From: an uncultured Muribaculaceae bacterium
GTDB taxonomy: Bacteria > Cyanobacteriota > Vampirovibrionia > Gastranaerophilales > Gastranaerophilaceae
DNA length: 64,000 nt
Direction: 5' to 3'
Assembly: GCA_964491345.1 (NCBI GenBank)
Contig: CAZBFV010000001.1
Coordinates: forward strand, 39,103-103,102
Below the pieces are notes generated by a model. It did no database searches. It was not told the DNA's origin and saw nothing but the letters and a program-made list of their open reading frames with translations. The translations under genes were made by a program, and so were the position numbers. Below, one piece after another: positions 19,701-30,319 of the stretch; position 1 is the first letter of the stretch; the number at the start of each line of letters is the position of its first letter.

Positions 19701-20925
19701 CTTCCTTTAATCTTCTTATAACTTCATACATTTGTTCTTCCGGCGCAATAATTGATAATCTGAACCAGCCTTCGCCGTTTTTACCGAAAGCATTTCCGGG
19801 AACAAGCACAATTCCGGATGTTTTTAAAACATCGTCCGTAAACTCTTTAGAGGTCTTATACTTTTTTGGTATGGGAAGCCACAAATAAAAAGTCGCCTTC
19901 GGCGGATTGATTTTATCCATATCCCAGCCTAGTTCTCTAAATCCGTCCGTAATAATTTTTTGTTTTCTTTCAAACCGCTTATTAGCCTCAGCTATGTAAT
20001 CATCTCCCTCTTTGGAATTTAATATTTCAGATGCGGCTTTTTGTATAGGCTTATATATGCCCGTATCAATAGTCGATTTAAGTTTGCCTAAAATACCGAC
20101 AGCTGTTTCATTACCGCATACCCAGCCTATTCTCCAGCCTGTCATTGAATAGGGTTTTGAAAAACTGAAAAATTCAACCGCAACATCTTTTGCCCCGTCA
20201 ATTTCAAGCACGCTGTGAGCCTTCGGTTCGCCTTCAAATGTTAAATCAATATAAGCGGCATCGGATATTAAAAGAATATGATGTTTTCTGCAGAATTCAA
20301 CCGCCTTTTTTAAATAGTCTTTTGTACAGACGGCACCTAAAGGGTTATTTGGATAATTTATAATCAGTGCTTTAACTCTGTTCATCGGGTAGCCTTCTTT
20401 TTGAAGATTTTCTGCCGTTTCGTCAAAATCGGGCATGTAATTGTTCTCTTTTGTTAAAGGCATCGGATAGGGCATACCGCCTGAAACTTCAACCATTATT
20501 TTGTAAGAGGCATATCCGGGGTCGGGTATTAAAATTATATCCTGCCTGCTTTTATCGCCGGAGGGATTTATTAATGCTCTTATCATATTGGCAAGACCTT
20601 CTTTTGAGCCTATTAAAGAAAATATTTCCGTTTTAGGATTTACATCAACGCCGAAACGGTTTTTCATTCTCTTTGAAACAGCTTCCAAAAGATAACTTTC
20701 GCCTTTCGGAGTTGTATAAGTATGCATAGTACCGCCTTGCATGGCTTCGACCAATTTATCGTTTACATATTGAGGAGGTCTTTCAACAGGCGCCCCCATG
20801 GATAAAGATATGGGCGCTCTCCCTTTTGAAGTTAATTCGGGCGTTAATCTCTGGGTTTCCTGTTTTATTTGAAACATAATATAAGTTTCTAATGATTGTA
20901 CATAATTATTAAATAATTCTTTCAT
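19681..20925 (-). CDS. class I/II pyridoxal-phosphate aminotransferase (LL-diaminopimelate aminotransferase-like)
   Basis: SFSKPYSMTGWRIGW PLP-lysine block and NYPNNPLGA. The start is set at the internal ATG (MKELFNNY) preceded by AGGGAGA. The upstream extension overlaps folE2. Confidence 0.75.
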   Translation of the reverse strand: MKELFNNYVQSLETYIMFQIKQETQRLTPELTSKGRAPISLSMGAPVERPPQYVNDKLVEAMQGGTMHTYTTPKGESYLLEAVSKRMKNRFGVDVNPKTEIFSLIGSKEGLANMIRALINPSGDKSRQDIILIPDPGYASYKIMVEVSGGMPYPMPLTKENNYMPDFDETAENLQKEGYPMNRVKALIINYPNNPLGAVCTKDYLKKAVEFCRKHHILLISDAAYIDLTFEGEPKAHSVLEIDGAKDVAVEFFSFSKPYSMTGWRIGWVCGNETAVGILGKLKSTIDTGIYKPIQKAASEILNSKEGDDYIAEANKRFERKQKIITDGFRELGWDMDKINPPKATFYLWLPIPKKYKTSKEFTDDVLKTSGIVLVPGNAFGKNGEGWFRLSIIAPEEQMYEVIRRLKEDGFYFG

Positions 20926-20926
20926 G

Positions 20927-21730
20927 TTAATCTCCCTCTGTTTTGTTCCTTGACTGCCATGCCCAGGCATTATGATTATGAATGCTTTCCTGAGCTTCAA
21001 CTTCAACTTCGTAAAATTTAATTTTATTATCTTCCTCCAATAAGCATATTATGTCCCGCAAAACATCTTCCACAAATTTCGGATTATTATAGGCGGCTTC
21101 CGTAACAAATTTTTCATCACATCTTTTTAATATTGAATAAACGGGGCTTGAACCGCATCTTTCAATCTTTTCTACCAAATCTTCAATCCAAATCATGTCA
21201 TTTTCGCCATAGCTTACCTTTACCTTAACCATTGTCCTTTGGTTATGAGCGGAATAATCGGAAATTTCCTTAGAACAAGGGCATAAAGTAGTTATCGGAA
21301 CTTTTACGCCCAGTATAAACCTGTAATTATCATTATCCAAATCTCCCTGAAAAAAGCAGTCATATCCGACAGGGAACTCGATAGCGCTGACGGGCGCTTT
21401 TTTGTTTATAAAGTATTTAAATTCAAATTTCACATGAGAACACTTTGAATTCAGTTTTTTTTGTATATCGGTTAAAAGCCCCTTAATATCAATGCCTAAA
21501 AGATTTCTTTTTGAGTAATCGCTTAAAACTTCAATGAAACGGGACATGTGAGCCCCCCTGTAATTATGGGGGAGAGTTGCACTCAAACGGGCTTTTGCTG
21601 ATACCGCCTGATTATCCGCATTTTTACGTTCAATTATAAGAGGAACTTCAACTCCGTTTACGCCGACTTTTTGTATGTCTATGCCTCTTTTATCATTTTG
21701 ATTTTGAATATCTTTGAGCTGATTATTCAT
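20927..21730 (-). CDS. folE2: GTP cyclohydrolase FolE2 (type IB)
   Basis: DIQNQNDKRGIDIQKVGV, GAHMSRF and CPCSKEISDYSAHNQR blocks. The start is taken at the internal ATG (MNNQLKD). Confidence 0.88.
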   Translation of the reverse strand: MNNQLKDIQNQNDKRGIDIQKVGVNGVEVPLIIERKNADNQAVSAKARLSATLPHNYRGAHMSRFIEVLSDYSKRNLLGIDIKGLLTDIQKKLNSKCSHVKFEFKYFINKKAPVSAIEFPVGYDCFFQGDLDNDNYRFILGVKVPITTLCPCSKEISDYSAHNQRTMVKVKVSYGENDMIWIEDLVEKIERCGSSPVYSILKRCDEKFVTEAAYNNPKFVEDVLRDIICLLEEDNKIKFYEVEVEAQESIHNHNAWAWQSRNKTEGD

Positions 21731-22070
21731 TTTTATTATTTTCCAGAGACTCCATATCCTCATTTTCCATTGCAAGCAGAATTTTTAATGCAGCAATTCT
21801 TTGTGTCTTCGGCGGGGCATTTCTCAGCAGTTCTACGGCTTTATGCATAACAGGGTCGGAATCGTACCATCTGTTGTTGCCTTTTTTTGGAAATCGTTTC
21901 GTTAATTCATAAATTCTTTCTATAACATCCTGTGCGATTTGCTCCTGAAGCGAAATTATAAAATCGGCAGCAGCGCTTTTATTATCATCGGTTTGAAGCC
22001 GGAGCAGCTCTAATGCTTCTTTTAATATCGGATCTTTATCATACCAGCGTCTGAAACTTTTATCTGACAT
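21723..22070 (-). CDS. hypothetical small protein with an internal duplication
   Basis: 115 aa with two copies of an RWYDxDPxxxxAxELLR module (residues ~8-24 and ~67-84). It is embedded in the serS-tmk-folE2 co-directional run. Confidence 0.6.
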   Translation of the reverse strand: MSDKSFRRWYDKDPILKEALELLRLQTDDNKSAAADFIISLQEQIAQDVIERIYELTKRFPKKGNNRWYDSDPVMHKAVELLRNAPPKTQRIAALKILLAMENEDMESLENNKNE

Positions 22071-22712
22071 TTATCCACCTGACTTTCTTAAAATTAACTC
22101 ATCCGCTAATTCTTTTGTATTATTATACACGATATCAATCGGGTTGTTTGCATTTATAATCTTAATCCTCTGCGGTTCTTCTTTTTGAAGCATTAAATAC
22201 CCGTTTTTTACTTTTCTGTAAAATTCTGCGCCTGATAATTCCATTCTGTCTTTCTGCCTGTTAAGCCGTTTTATGGCATTTTCTTCGGAAACATCGTATA
22301 ATAAAGTCAAATCGGGCATAATGCCTGAAACAGCCATATCGTTAAGTCTGCGCAGCAGTTCTATATTCCGGTTTCTCCCGTACCCTTGGTATGCAAGGGT
22401 GGAATCAACGTACCTGTCGCATAAAACAGCTTTCCCACGGTTTAAATTAGGTCTGATAAAATTATCTGCATGCTGCGCTCTGTCTGCAAGAAATAAAAAC
22501 AGCTCGGCATTATCGGAAATATTTTCTTCCGAATTTAAAATAATATCTCTGATTTTCTTGCCGAAACTCAGCGCTCCCGGCTCTTGCGTAGCTTCACAGT
22601 CAAATCCTTTTTCTTCAAGGTAATTTTTCAGCAGATTTAACTGTGTAGTTTTGCCCGAGCCGTCCACACCCTCAAAAGTTATAAATAAACCTTTATTCAT
22701 CCTAAAGGACAT
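22071..22712 (-). CDS. tmk: dTMP (thymidylate) kinase
   Basis: [16 protein letters not shown]-loop, DRY..S..AYQG block and LID region. Confidence 0.95.
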   Translation of the reverse strand: MSFRMNKGLFITFEGVDGSGKTTQLNLLKNYLEEKGFDCEATQEPGALSFGKKIRDIILNSEENISDNAELFLFLADRAQHADNFIRPNLNRGKAVLCDRYVDSTLAYQGYGRNRNIELLRRLNDMAVSGIMPDLTLLYDVSEENAIKRLNRQKDRMELSGAEFYRKVKNGYLMLQKEEPQRIKIINANNPIDIVYNNTKELADELILRKSGG

Positions 22713-23967
22713 CCCAGCCTGTGTATTTTCTTAAAACTTTTGGAATGGTAACTGAACCGTCCTCATTCTGAAAGTTTTCCAAAATAGCGGCAAATGTTCT
22801 TCCGACTGCAAGCCCTGACCCGTTTAAAGTATGAACGAATACAGGTCTGCCCGTTTCTTTGCTTCTGTATCTTATATTAGCCCGCCTTGCCTGAAAATCT
22901 CCAAAGTTTGAACAGCTTGAAATTTCTTTATAGGCATTGTAGGAAGGAAGCCAAACTTCCAAATCATAGCATTTTCTTGCAGAAAAACCGATATCTCCGG
23001 CTGATAAAGCAATACGGCGGTATGGAAGCTCAAGTAATTCAAGTACATGTTCGGCATTGCGGGTTAATTTTTCATGTTCTTCAGCACTTGTTTCAGGAGT
23101 GCAGAGTTTAACCAATTCAACCTTATTAAACTGATGCTGTCTTATAAGCCCTCTTGTATCTTTACCGGCGCTTCCGGCTTCACGTCTGAAACAGGGGGTG
23201 TATGCCGTCATATATTTCGGCAAATCGTCCTCGTTTAAAATTTCGCCGGCGTAGATATTTGTAACGGGAACTTCCGCTGTCGGAATCAAATATAAATCTT
23301 CATCAACGCACTTATACATATCCTGTGCGAATTTAGGAAGCTGGCCTGTCCCTGTCATGGAGCTTGAATTAACCAAAACCGGAGGAAGCACTTCTTCATA
23401 TCCGTGTTCTTTAGTGTGAGTGTCCAGAAAGAAATTAATAATAGCTCTTTCAAGCTGTGCGCCTTTTCCTCTGTATAAAGAAAATCTCGATTGAGAGAGT
23501 TTGACTCCTCTTTCAAAATCCGCTATATTTTTTTCAACACAAATATCCCAGTGGGGTTTTTGTACAAAATTAACCTGTCTTGGCTCGGAAAAACGCTTTA
23601 TTTCAACATAATCATTTTCCGATAAGCCTATAGGAGTTGTTTCATCAGGAATATTCGGCGTAGATAAAAGCAGATTGCGCTGTTCGGCATCGAGTTTTTG
23701 TTCCAGAGCTTCAAGCCCGGCAATTTCATCAGCTATGGACTTAACTTTTGCCTGAATTTCATCCGTATTCTGCCCCTGCTTTTTAAGCATACCGACCTGC
23801 TGGGACATGGATTTTCTTTTTGAACGCAGTTCATCGGCTTCAGCCTGAACTTTTCTTCTCTTTGCATCTATTTCCAAAATTGCGTCAATTGATAAATCCG
23901 GATTTCTTCTTTTCAGCAGTTCATTAATTTTTTGGGGATTTTCTCTTATTAATTTAATATCCAGCAT
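22702..23967 (-). CDS. serS: seryl-tRNA synthetase
   Basis: [11 protein letters not shown], an N-terminal coiled-coil arm, and class II motifs ([24 protein letters not shown]). Confidence 0.97.
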   Translation of the reverse strand: MLDIKLIRENPQKINELLKRRNPDLSIDAILEIDAKRRKVQAEADELRSKRKSMSQQVGMLKKQGQNTDEIQAKVKSIADEIAGLEALEQKLDAEQRNLLLSTPNIPDETTPIGLSENDYVEIKRFSEPRQVNFVQKPHWDICVEKNIADFERGVKLSQSRFSLYRGKGAQLERAIINFFLDTHTKEHGYEEVLPPVLVNSSSMTGTGQLPKFAQDMYKCVDEDLYLIPTAEVPVTNIYAGEILNEDDLPKYMTAYTPCFRREAGSAGKDTRGLIRQHQFNKVELVKLCTPETSAEEHEKLTRNAEHVLELLELPYRRIALSAGDIGFSARKCYDLEVWLPSYNAYKEISSCSNFGDFQARRANIRYRSKETGRPVFVHTLNGSGLAVGRTFAAILENFQNEDGSVTIPKVLRKYTGWDVL

Positions 23968-24050
23968 ACTCTCACCTCTAACGTTTTTATTAGTATTTTA
24001 TTAGAAACACATTTAAAATAAAAGATTTTTTTTGATATAATTAAACCAGG

Positions 24051-25049
24051 GTGAATAGTATGAGTGAAACGAAATATAAGAAAAAGGTTTTATTTATAGG
24101 GATGCCTGATATGGCGATAGTCTGCCTTGATAAACTTGTTTCAAAAGGCATTAATATTGCGGGGGTTGTGCCTCCCGAAAAAACCGATCCGGCAAACAGA
24201 TTAATGGTAAGTACAGCTCAAAAGCTCGGTCTTAATACTATTGAATATAATATCAGCCTCAGCGACAAAGGATTTCTTCAAAGAATAAAAAATTTAAATG
24301 CGGATATAGGGGTTGTTGCTTCATTTAGTAAAAAACTTCCAAAAGAACTGCTCCAATTAACAAAAGACGGGTTTATAAATTTACATCCTTCCAAACTGCC
24401 CGATTACAGGGGGGCAAATCCTTATTCGCACGTTATTATTAACGGGGAGACGGAATCCGCCGTAACTCTCCATTTTATGGATGAAACTTATGATACGGGA
24501 GATATAATTTCGCAGTACTGCTTTGATTTGGATTTGAACGAAACAATGGGAACACTTTTTAACAGAACGAATCAAATGTGTGCTTCTATGCTTTATGAAG
24601 CGCTGGATTATTATGAAACGCATGAATTTCCACGCTGTCCGCAGGAAAAGGGGGATAATTTTAAAAAAGCCGATACATTGTCTTTTGAAAAGAAAAATAC
24701 TTTTATTGACTGGAATAAATCAGCAGAAGAAATTGAAAGGTTTATTCGTGCGCTTAATCCGTTTATAGGTGCGCTTACTTATTATAAAGAAACCATATTA
24801 AGAATAAATTCCGCCTATGTAATAAAAAAAGGGCATAACTATCCGCCCGGAACCATTTGTGATACAAAAAGCTCGTTAAAAGTCGCCTGCGGAAAAGACA
24901 TACTGGAGCTGGATGCTCTGCAGTATGACGGTTTATTTATAACATCGGGACGTGATTTTGTCGACAGAGTCAGCCCTCAAAAAGGAGAAATTTTATACGG
25001 TGAAAAAACTTCATTTCCTGACGGCGGGACTTCCGCTTTCAAGCAATAA
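24051..25049 (+). CDS. fmt: methionyl-tRNA formyltransferase (Fmt-family)
   Basis: VLFIGMPDMA N-terminus, HPSKLPDYRGANP..INGETESAVTLHFMDETYDTGDII catalytic block, and a C-terminal Formyl_trans_C-like domain. Confidence 0.75.
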   Translation: MNSMSETKYKKKVLFIGMPDMAIVCLDKLVSKGINIAGVVPPEKTDPANRLMVSTAQKLGLNTIEYNISLSDKGFLQRIKNLNADIGVVASFSKKLPKELLQLTKDGFINLHPSKLPDYRGANPYSHVIINGETESAVTLHFMDETYDTGDIISQYCFDLDLNETMGTLFNRTNQMCASMLYEALDYYETHEFPRCPQEKGDNFKKADTLSFEKKNTFIDWNKSAEEIERFIRALNPFIGALTYYKETILRINSAYVIKKGHNYPPGTICDTKSSLKVACGKDILELDALQYDGLFITSGRDFVDRVSPQKGEILYGEKTSFPDGGTSAFKQ

Positions 25050-25830
25050 TAAAGGTTATAAAGAAGGCTTAAAAATCATTAAGGATATGAATTTAGACGG
25101 GCTTGAAGTTGAATTTGTCCATGGCGTAAAGATGAATGAATTAAATAAATCGCTTGTTAAAGAATTTTCCAAAGATGAAAATATGCTTGTAACATGCCAT
25201 GGACCGTTTTATATAAATCTTAACTCCGATGAACAGGAAAAAATTGATGCGAGTATTGCAAGAATTATTGATACCGCAGATGCCGGAAAAGAAATAGGCG
25301 CATACAGCATAACCTTTCATGCAGCTTTTTATATGAAAAAATCCCCTGATGATGTTTATAAAACCGTATATAATTCTATTGAAAAGATTTGCACCGTTTT
25401 GGATAATTCCGGAAATAAAATATGGATTAGGCCGGAAACTACGGGAAAAGGCACTCAATGGGGGACATTAGAGGAAATTGTCAAATTGTCGAAAGAATTT
25501 AAACAGATTCTTCCCTGTGTAGATTTTGCACATATTCATGCCCGCAATAACGGATTATTCAATACTTATGATGAGTTTTCAAAAATACTGGATTTTATGG
25601 GAAAAGAACTCGGCAGAGAAATCTTTGAGAACTTTCACGCACATATAGCCGGCATTGCATACGGGCAGAAAGGCGAAAAAAATCATCTGATTTTTGATGA
25701 AAGCGATATGAATTACAAAGATTTTTTAAAGGTATTTAAAGAATTTGATATAAAAGGAGCGCTTGTTTGCGAGAGTCCTAATATTGAGACGGATGCAAAA
25801 CTTTTGAAAGATTATTATTTGAGTCTATAA
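25000..25830 (+). CDS. TIM-barrel protein, AP endonuclease family 2 / endonuclease IV-like
   Basis: CHGPFYINL, ITFHAAFY, IRPETTGK, VDFAHIHA, FHAHIAG and CESP resemble the metal-ligand blocks of Nfo/xylose-isomerase-like barrels. The start is uncertain: GTG at 25000 is chosen, and ORF 24952.. overlaps the fmt 3' end. Confidence 0.6.
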   Translation: MKKLHFLTAGLPLSSNNKGYKEGLKIIKDMNLDGLEVEFVHGVKMNELNKSLVKEFSKDENMLVTCHGPFYINLNSDEQEKIDASIARIIDTADAGKEIGAYSITFHAAFYMKKSPDDVYKTVYNSIEKICTVLDNSGNKIWIRPETTGKGTQWGTLEEIVKLSKEFKQILPCVDFAHIHARNNGLFNTYDEFSKILDFMGKELGREIFENFHAHIAGIAYGQKGEKNHLIFDESDMNYKDFLKVFKEFDIKGALVCESPNIETDAKLLKDYYLSL

Positions 25831-25831
25831 A

Positions 25832-26305
25832 ATGGATATTTTTTATATAAAAACTTCCAAAAACGACTATAAATCCCAGCATAATTCGGGATTATACATC
25901 GTTGAATATGTGGCTGTGAACTTTTATAAACTGAGAAACAGTGAAATTCGGATAATAAATAAAAAACCTGAATTTAAATATCAAAATGATATTCATTTCA
26001 GCATATCGCATTCGGATAATATTGCAGCTGTCTGCTTTGATAACAGAGAAACCGGCTTTGATATCGAGATGATAAAAGACAGAAATTTTATGCCGATAGC
26101 TGACAAAATGAAATTTAATCTTAAAGAAAATACCCTTGAATGTTTTTATCAAAACTGGACTGCTTATGAAGCAGAATATAAATTGCAAAAAGCTCCGAAG
26201 TGTATCTATACGTCAAAATTAAATGATGAATATATCTTTTCCATAGCATCGGCGGAAAATACCGATATACAATCGGAATTAAAAATTTTCAGCTTACAAG
26301 CCTGA
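25832..26305 (+). CDS. 4'-phosphopantetheinyl transferase superfamily protein (short)
   Basis: FSISHSDNIAAVCF..ETGFDIEMI and WTAYEAEYKL blocks typical of Sfp/AcpS-type PPTases. Confidence 0.65.
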   Translation: MDIFYIKTSKNDYKSQHNSGLYIVEYVAVNFYKLRNSEIRIINKKPEFKYQNDIHFSISHSDNIAAVCFDNRETGFDIEMIKDRNFMPIADKMKFNLKENTLECFYQNWTAYEAEYKLQKAPKCIYTSKLNDEYIFSIASAENTDIQSELKIFSLQA

Positions 26306-26349
26306 TTTATTCTGCGGAAAACCTGCTGTCAGACGAATTTTAATAATAT

Positions 26350-26372
26350 AAGAGAGGCAGAATGCCTCTCTT
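26350..26372. terminator. bidirectional intrinsic terminator between convergent genes
   Basis: AAGAGAGGCA-GAA-TGCCTCTCTT 10-bp stem. It lies between the PPTase gene (+) and the parvulin gene (-). Confidence 0.7.
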
Positions 26373-26380
26373 GATATAAA

Positions 26381-26788
26381 CTATTTCTTTGAAATGACAT
26401 AAATTAAATGCCAGCCGTAAGATGTTTTAACGGGTTCCGAAACCTGCCCGTTGGCAAGATTAAAGGCAGCCGTTTCAAATTCCGGAACCATATCGCCTTT
26501 GCCAAACCAGCCCAGCATACCGCCTGATTTGCCCGACGGACACTTTGAATATTTTTTTGCCGCATTCATAAAATTGTTAAAGATTTCCTGTTTGTTCGCT
26601 CCTTTTAGTATTTCTGCCCTGATATCATTTGCTTCCTGTTCGGTCGAAACCAAAATATGCATGGCTTGAACTTCGCTGTATGACGCTGCTTCTGCTCTGT
26701 TTGAAACAATATTTGAAACAGTGGCGCTTTGGCTGTAGACACATAGAAAAGCAGTCAGTAAAAGCAATAAAGACAATAATTTTTTCAT
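26381..26788 (-). CDS. parvulin-type peptidyl-prolyl cis-trans isomerase, secreted
   Basis: Signal peptide (LLLLLTAFLCVYS), then HILV.., CPSGKSGGMLGWFGKGDMVPEFE and SYGWHLIYV. Confidence 0.9.
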   Translation of the reverse strand: MKKLLSLLLLLTAFLCVYSQSATVSNIVSNRAEAASYSEVQAMHILVSTEQEANDIRAEILKGANKQEIFNNFMNAAKKYSKCPSGKSGGMLGWFGKGDMVPEFETAAFNLANGQVSEPVKTSYGWHLIYVISKK

Positions 26789-26818
26789 AATTTATCCTTT
26801 CTTTTTTAATCGTATAAC

Positions 26819-27322
26819 TTATTTATTAAGATTAATAAATTGATTTTCACGAGTAATGGCAACAAGTCCGGAGCGGACAAGCTCTTTAATCCCCAGCGGT
26901 CTTAATAACGCAATAACAGCCAATACCTGCCTGTTGTCGCCGCTGTATTCAAGCGTATATGTGTCAGGTGAAACATCTATGATTTTTGCGCCAAAAATTT
27001 CGGAAATCCTTAAAATTTCGCTTCTTGCTTCATCTTTCGCCATGACTTTGCATAAAATCAGCTCCCTGTCAATGCACTTATCGGCTGATTTCGGCAGTTC
27101 AACAACCTTTATTGTATTAATAAGCCTGTTTAACTGCTTGCAGATTTGTTCTATAACAACATCATCTCCTGTCGTAACAATAGTAATACGGGAAAATGCC
27201 GGTTCGACGGTAGCTGCAACCGTAAGACTCTCTATATTATATCCTCTTGTAGAAAACAAATCACAAACGGAAGAAAGAATACCCGCTTCATTTTTTACAA
27301 GCACCGATATAGTATGCTTCAT
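26819..27322 (-). CDS. ilvN: acetolactate synthase small (regulatory) subunit
   Basis: HTISVLVKNEAGILSSVCDLFSTRGYNIESLTV ACT domain. There is a 4-nt overlap with ilvB. Confidence 0.93.
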   Translation of the reverse strand: MKHTISVLVKNEAGILSSVCDLFSTRGYNIESLTVAATVEPAFSRITIVTTGDDVVIEQICKQLNRLINTIKVVELPKSADKCIDRELILCKVMAKDEARSEILRISEIFGAKIIDVSPDTYTLEYSGDNRQVLAVIALLRPLGIKELVRSGLVAITRENQFINLNK

Positions 27323-29058
27323 ATCTGCTCTCCCTTTTCAAGATTGGACAATAATACTTCATTTAAGGGTTTTCCGGCAAGAACCCAGGGGTATACCATT
27401 TCAAACGGTTCTACGACAAAATCCATTATAACGGGACCGTTATACGATATTGCATTATCTAAAGCCTCGTCAATCTCATCTTCTTTTGTAATTCTCAGCC
27501 CTAAAATTCCGTATGCCTGAGCAAGTTTAACATAATCTGGGGATGTAATGAAAGTTTGAGAATAGTGTTTGTTAAACATTTTTTCCTGCCACTGTCTTAC
27601 CATGCCTAAATAACCGTTGTTTATTACGGCGATTTTTACGGGAATATTGTAATCCACACAAGTCATAAGCTCTTGAATATTCATCTGAATGCTTCCGTCG
27701 CCTGCTATATTAAACACAAGTTTATCGGGCGCAGCAATTTGAGCGCCGATTGAGGCGGGAAATCCAAAGCCCATAGTACCCAAACCGCCTGATGTTATAA
27801 GCCTGCGGGGCTTATTAAATTTATATAGCTGCGCCGTCCACATTTGATGCTGTCCTACTTCTGTCGCAATAACGGCATCCATATTTTTTGTTTTGCTATA
27901 TATATGTTCTATAACGGTTTGAGGACTCATTTTCCCGTTTTCAACCGCTCTTATTGCTTTATTTGATTTCCAGGAATCTATCTGTCTGACCCAGAGTTTT
28001 CTCATATTAAAATCATAAGAGTATTTTCCCGTATTATATTCTTTAAGCATAAGATTCAGAACATTTTTGGCATCGCCTACTATAGGAACATCAACATGAA
28101 CATTTTTGCTGATTGAGCATGGATCGATATCGACATGGATAACCTGCGCATCTCTGCAAAAACGTTTCAGGCACCCTGTAATTCTGTCATTAAACCTTGT
28201 GCCTACGGCAAATAATACATCACAATTGCTTACCGCAAGATTCGCCCAGTAATTGCCGTGCATTCCAAGCATGCCGAGCGATAACTCATCATCCTGAGGA
28301 TAAGTTCCTATTCCCATTAAAGTAGTTGCAACAGGGATGTTTAATTTTTTTGCAAGTTCTCTTATTTCCATCCACGCTTCGGAGTGGATGACGCCTCCGC
28401 CTGAAATTATTACAGGGCGCTGAGCTTCGCATAACAATTTTAATGCTTTCCGGCATTGGATAGGATGCCCCTCATAGGTCGGATTATATCCCGGCAGATT
28501 TACTTTTTCGGGATATTCAAATTCCGTTTTGGATGTCAGAATATCTTTAGGCAGAGAAACTACAACGGGTCCTTGCTTGCCTGTTCTTGCAATATGAAAA
28601 GACTCTTTAATAACTCTCGGAAGTTCGTAAATACTTTTTACAAGATAATTATGTTTGCAGCATGTTCTTGTTATTCCTACAATATCGGACTCCTGAAACG
28701 CATCATTGCCTATGAGTTTTGTATCCACCTGCCCTGTAAAAACGACCAGAGGGTAACTGTCATAATACGCATTTGCAATTCCCGTTATGGTATTGCATGC
28801 CCCGGGGCCTGAAGTAACAAGCACTACTCCGGGGTTTCCCGTAATTCTTGCATAACCTTCCGCTGCATGAACAGCAGCCTGTTCATGCCTGACAAGATAA
28901 TGTTTGATAAAATCGCAATTATACAGTTCATCATATATATGAAGTATAACACCGCCGGGATAGCCGAAAATTTTATCAACACCTTCCCTTTTAAGACATT
29001 CCAAAAACATTTTGGCACCCGTCATTTTTTCTGGTTTTACGGTTTGTTCGGCTGTCAT
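27319..29058 (-). CDS. ilvB: acetolactate synthase large subunit
   Basis: TPP-enzyme blocks GYPGG, HEQAAVHAAEGYAR, GPGACN and GLGTMGFGFPASIGA...GDGSIQMNIQEL. The start is set at the ATG (MTAEQT) preceded by GGAGAA. Confidence 0.95.
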   Translation of the reverse strand: MTAEQTVKPEKMTGAKMFLECLKREGVDKIFGYPGGVILHIYDELYNCDFIKHYLVRHEQAAVHAAEGYARITGNPGVVLVTSGPGACNTITGIANAYYDSYPLVVFTGQVDTKLIGNDAFQESDIVGITRTCCKHNYLVKSIYELPRVIKESFHIARTGKQGPVVVSLPKDILTSKTEFEYPEKVNLPGYNPTYEGHPIQCRKALKLLCEAQRPVIISGGGVIHSEAWMEIRELAKKLNIPVATTLMGIGTYPQDDELSLGMLGMHGNYWANLAVSNCDVLFAVGTRFNDRITGCLKRFCRDAQVIHVDIDPCSISKNVHVDVPIVGDAKNVLNLMLKEYNTGKYSYDFNMRKLWVRQIDSWKSNKAIRAVENGKMSPQTVIEHIYSKTKNMDAVIATEVGQHQMWTAQLYKFNKPRRLITSGGLGTMGFGFPASIGAQIAAPDKLVFNIAGDGSIQMNIQELMTCVDYNIPVKIAVINNGYLGMVRQWQEKMFNKHYSQTFITSPDYVKLAQAYGILGLRITKEDEIDEALDNAISYNGPVIMDFVVEPFEMVYPWVLAGKPLNEVLLSNLEKGEQI

Positions 29059-29236
29059 CTTGTTCTCCATTTCCATAAATCGCCAAGGGGGGGTAATTAC
29101 AGCTGTTATTTTATACATCCTGCCTTATCAAAATTATATAGCAAAATCCTGAAATTAAATCAAAATATTGAAAAATTGTAACTTATTGACTATGTTTTTT
29201 TAAGTTTTACACTAAATTTATGATAATTATTTATAA

Positions 29237-30253
<1,017 letters not shown>

Positions 30254-30268
30254 TTTAGATTGATTTAG

Positions 30269-30298
30269 AAAAGAGGCGGTTAAATACTGCCTCTTTTT
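30269..30298. terminator. bidirectional intrinsic terminator between ilvC and mtaB-like gene
   Basis: AAAAGAGGCGGT-TAAAT-ACTGCCTCTTTT long stem (one G-T pair) with flanking A/T runs. Confidence 0.8.
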
Positions 30299-30319
30299 GT
30301 ACTCTGATATACATATATG

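Noticed and set aside
29081-29118. Upstream in-frame extension of ilvB (MYKITAVITPPWRFMEMENK) as an Ile/Val-rich attenuator leader peptide
   Set aside because: It is in frame and continuous with ilvB rather than a separate short ORF. No terminator/antiterminator alternative hairpins are evident. The ATG with GGAGAA at 29058 is the better start. A C7 run (minus strand) in this leader is noted only in passing.
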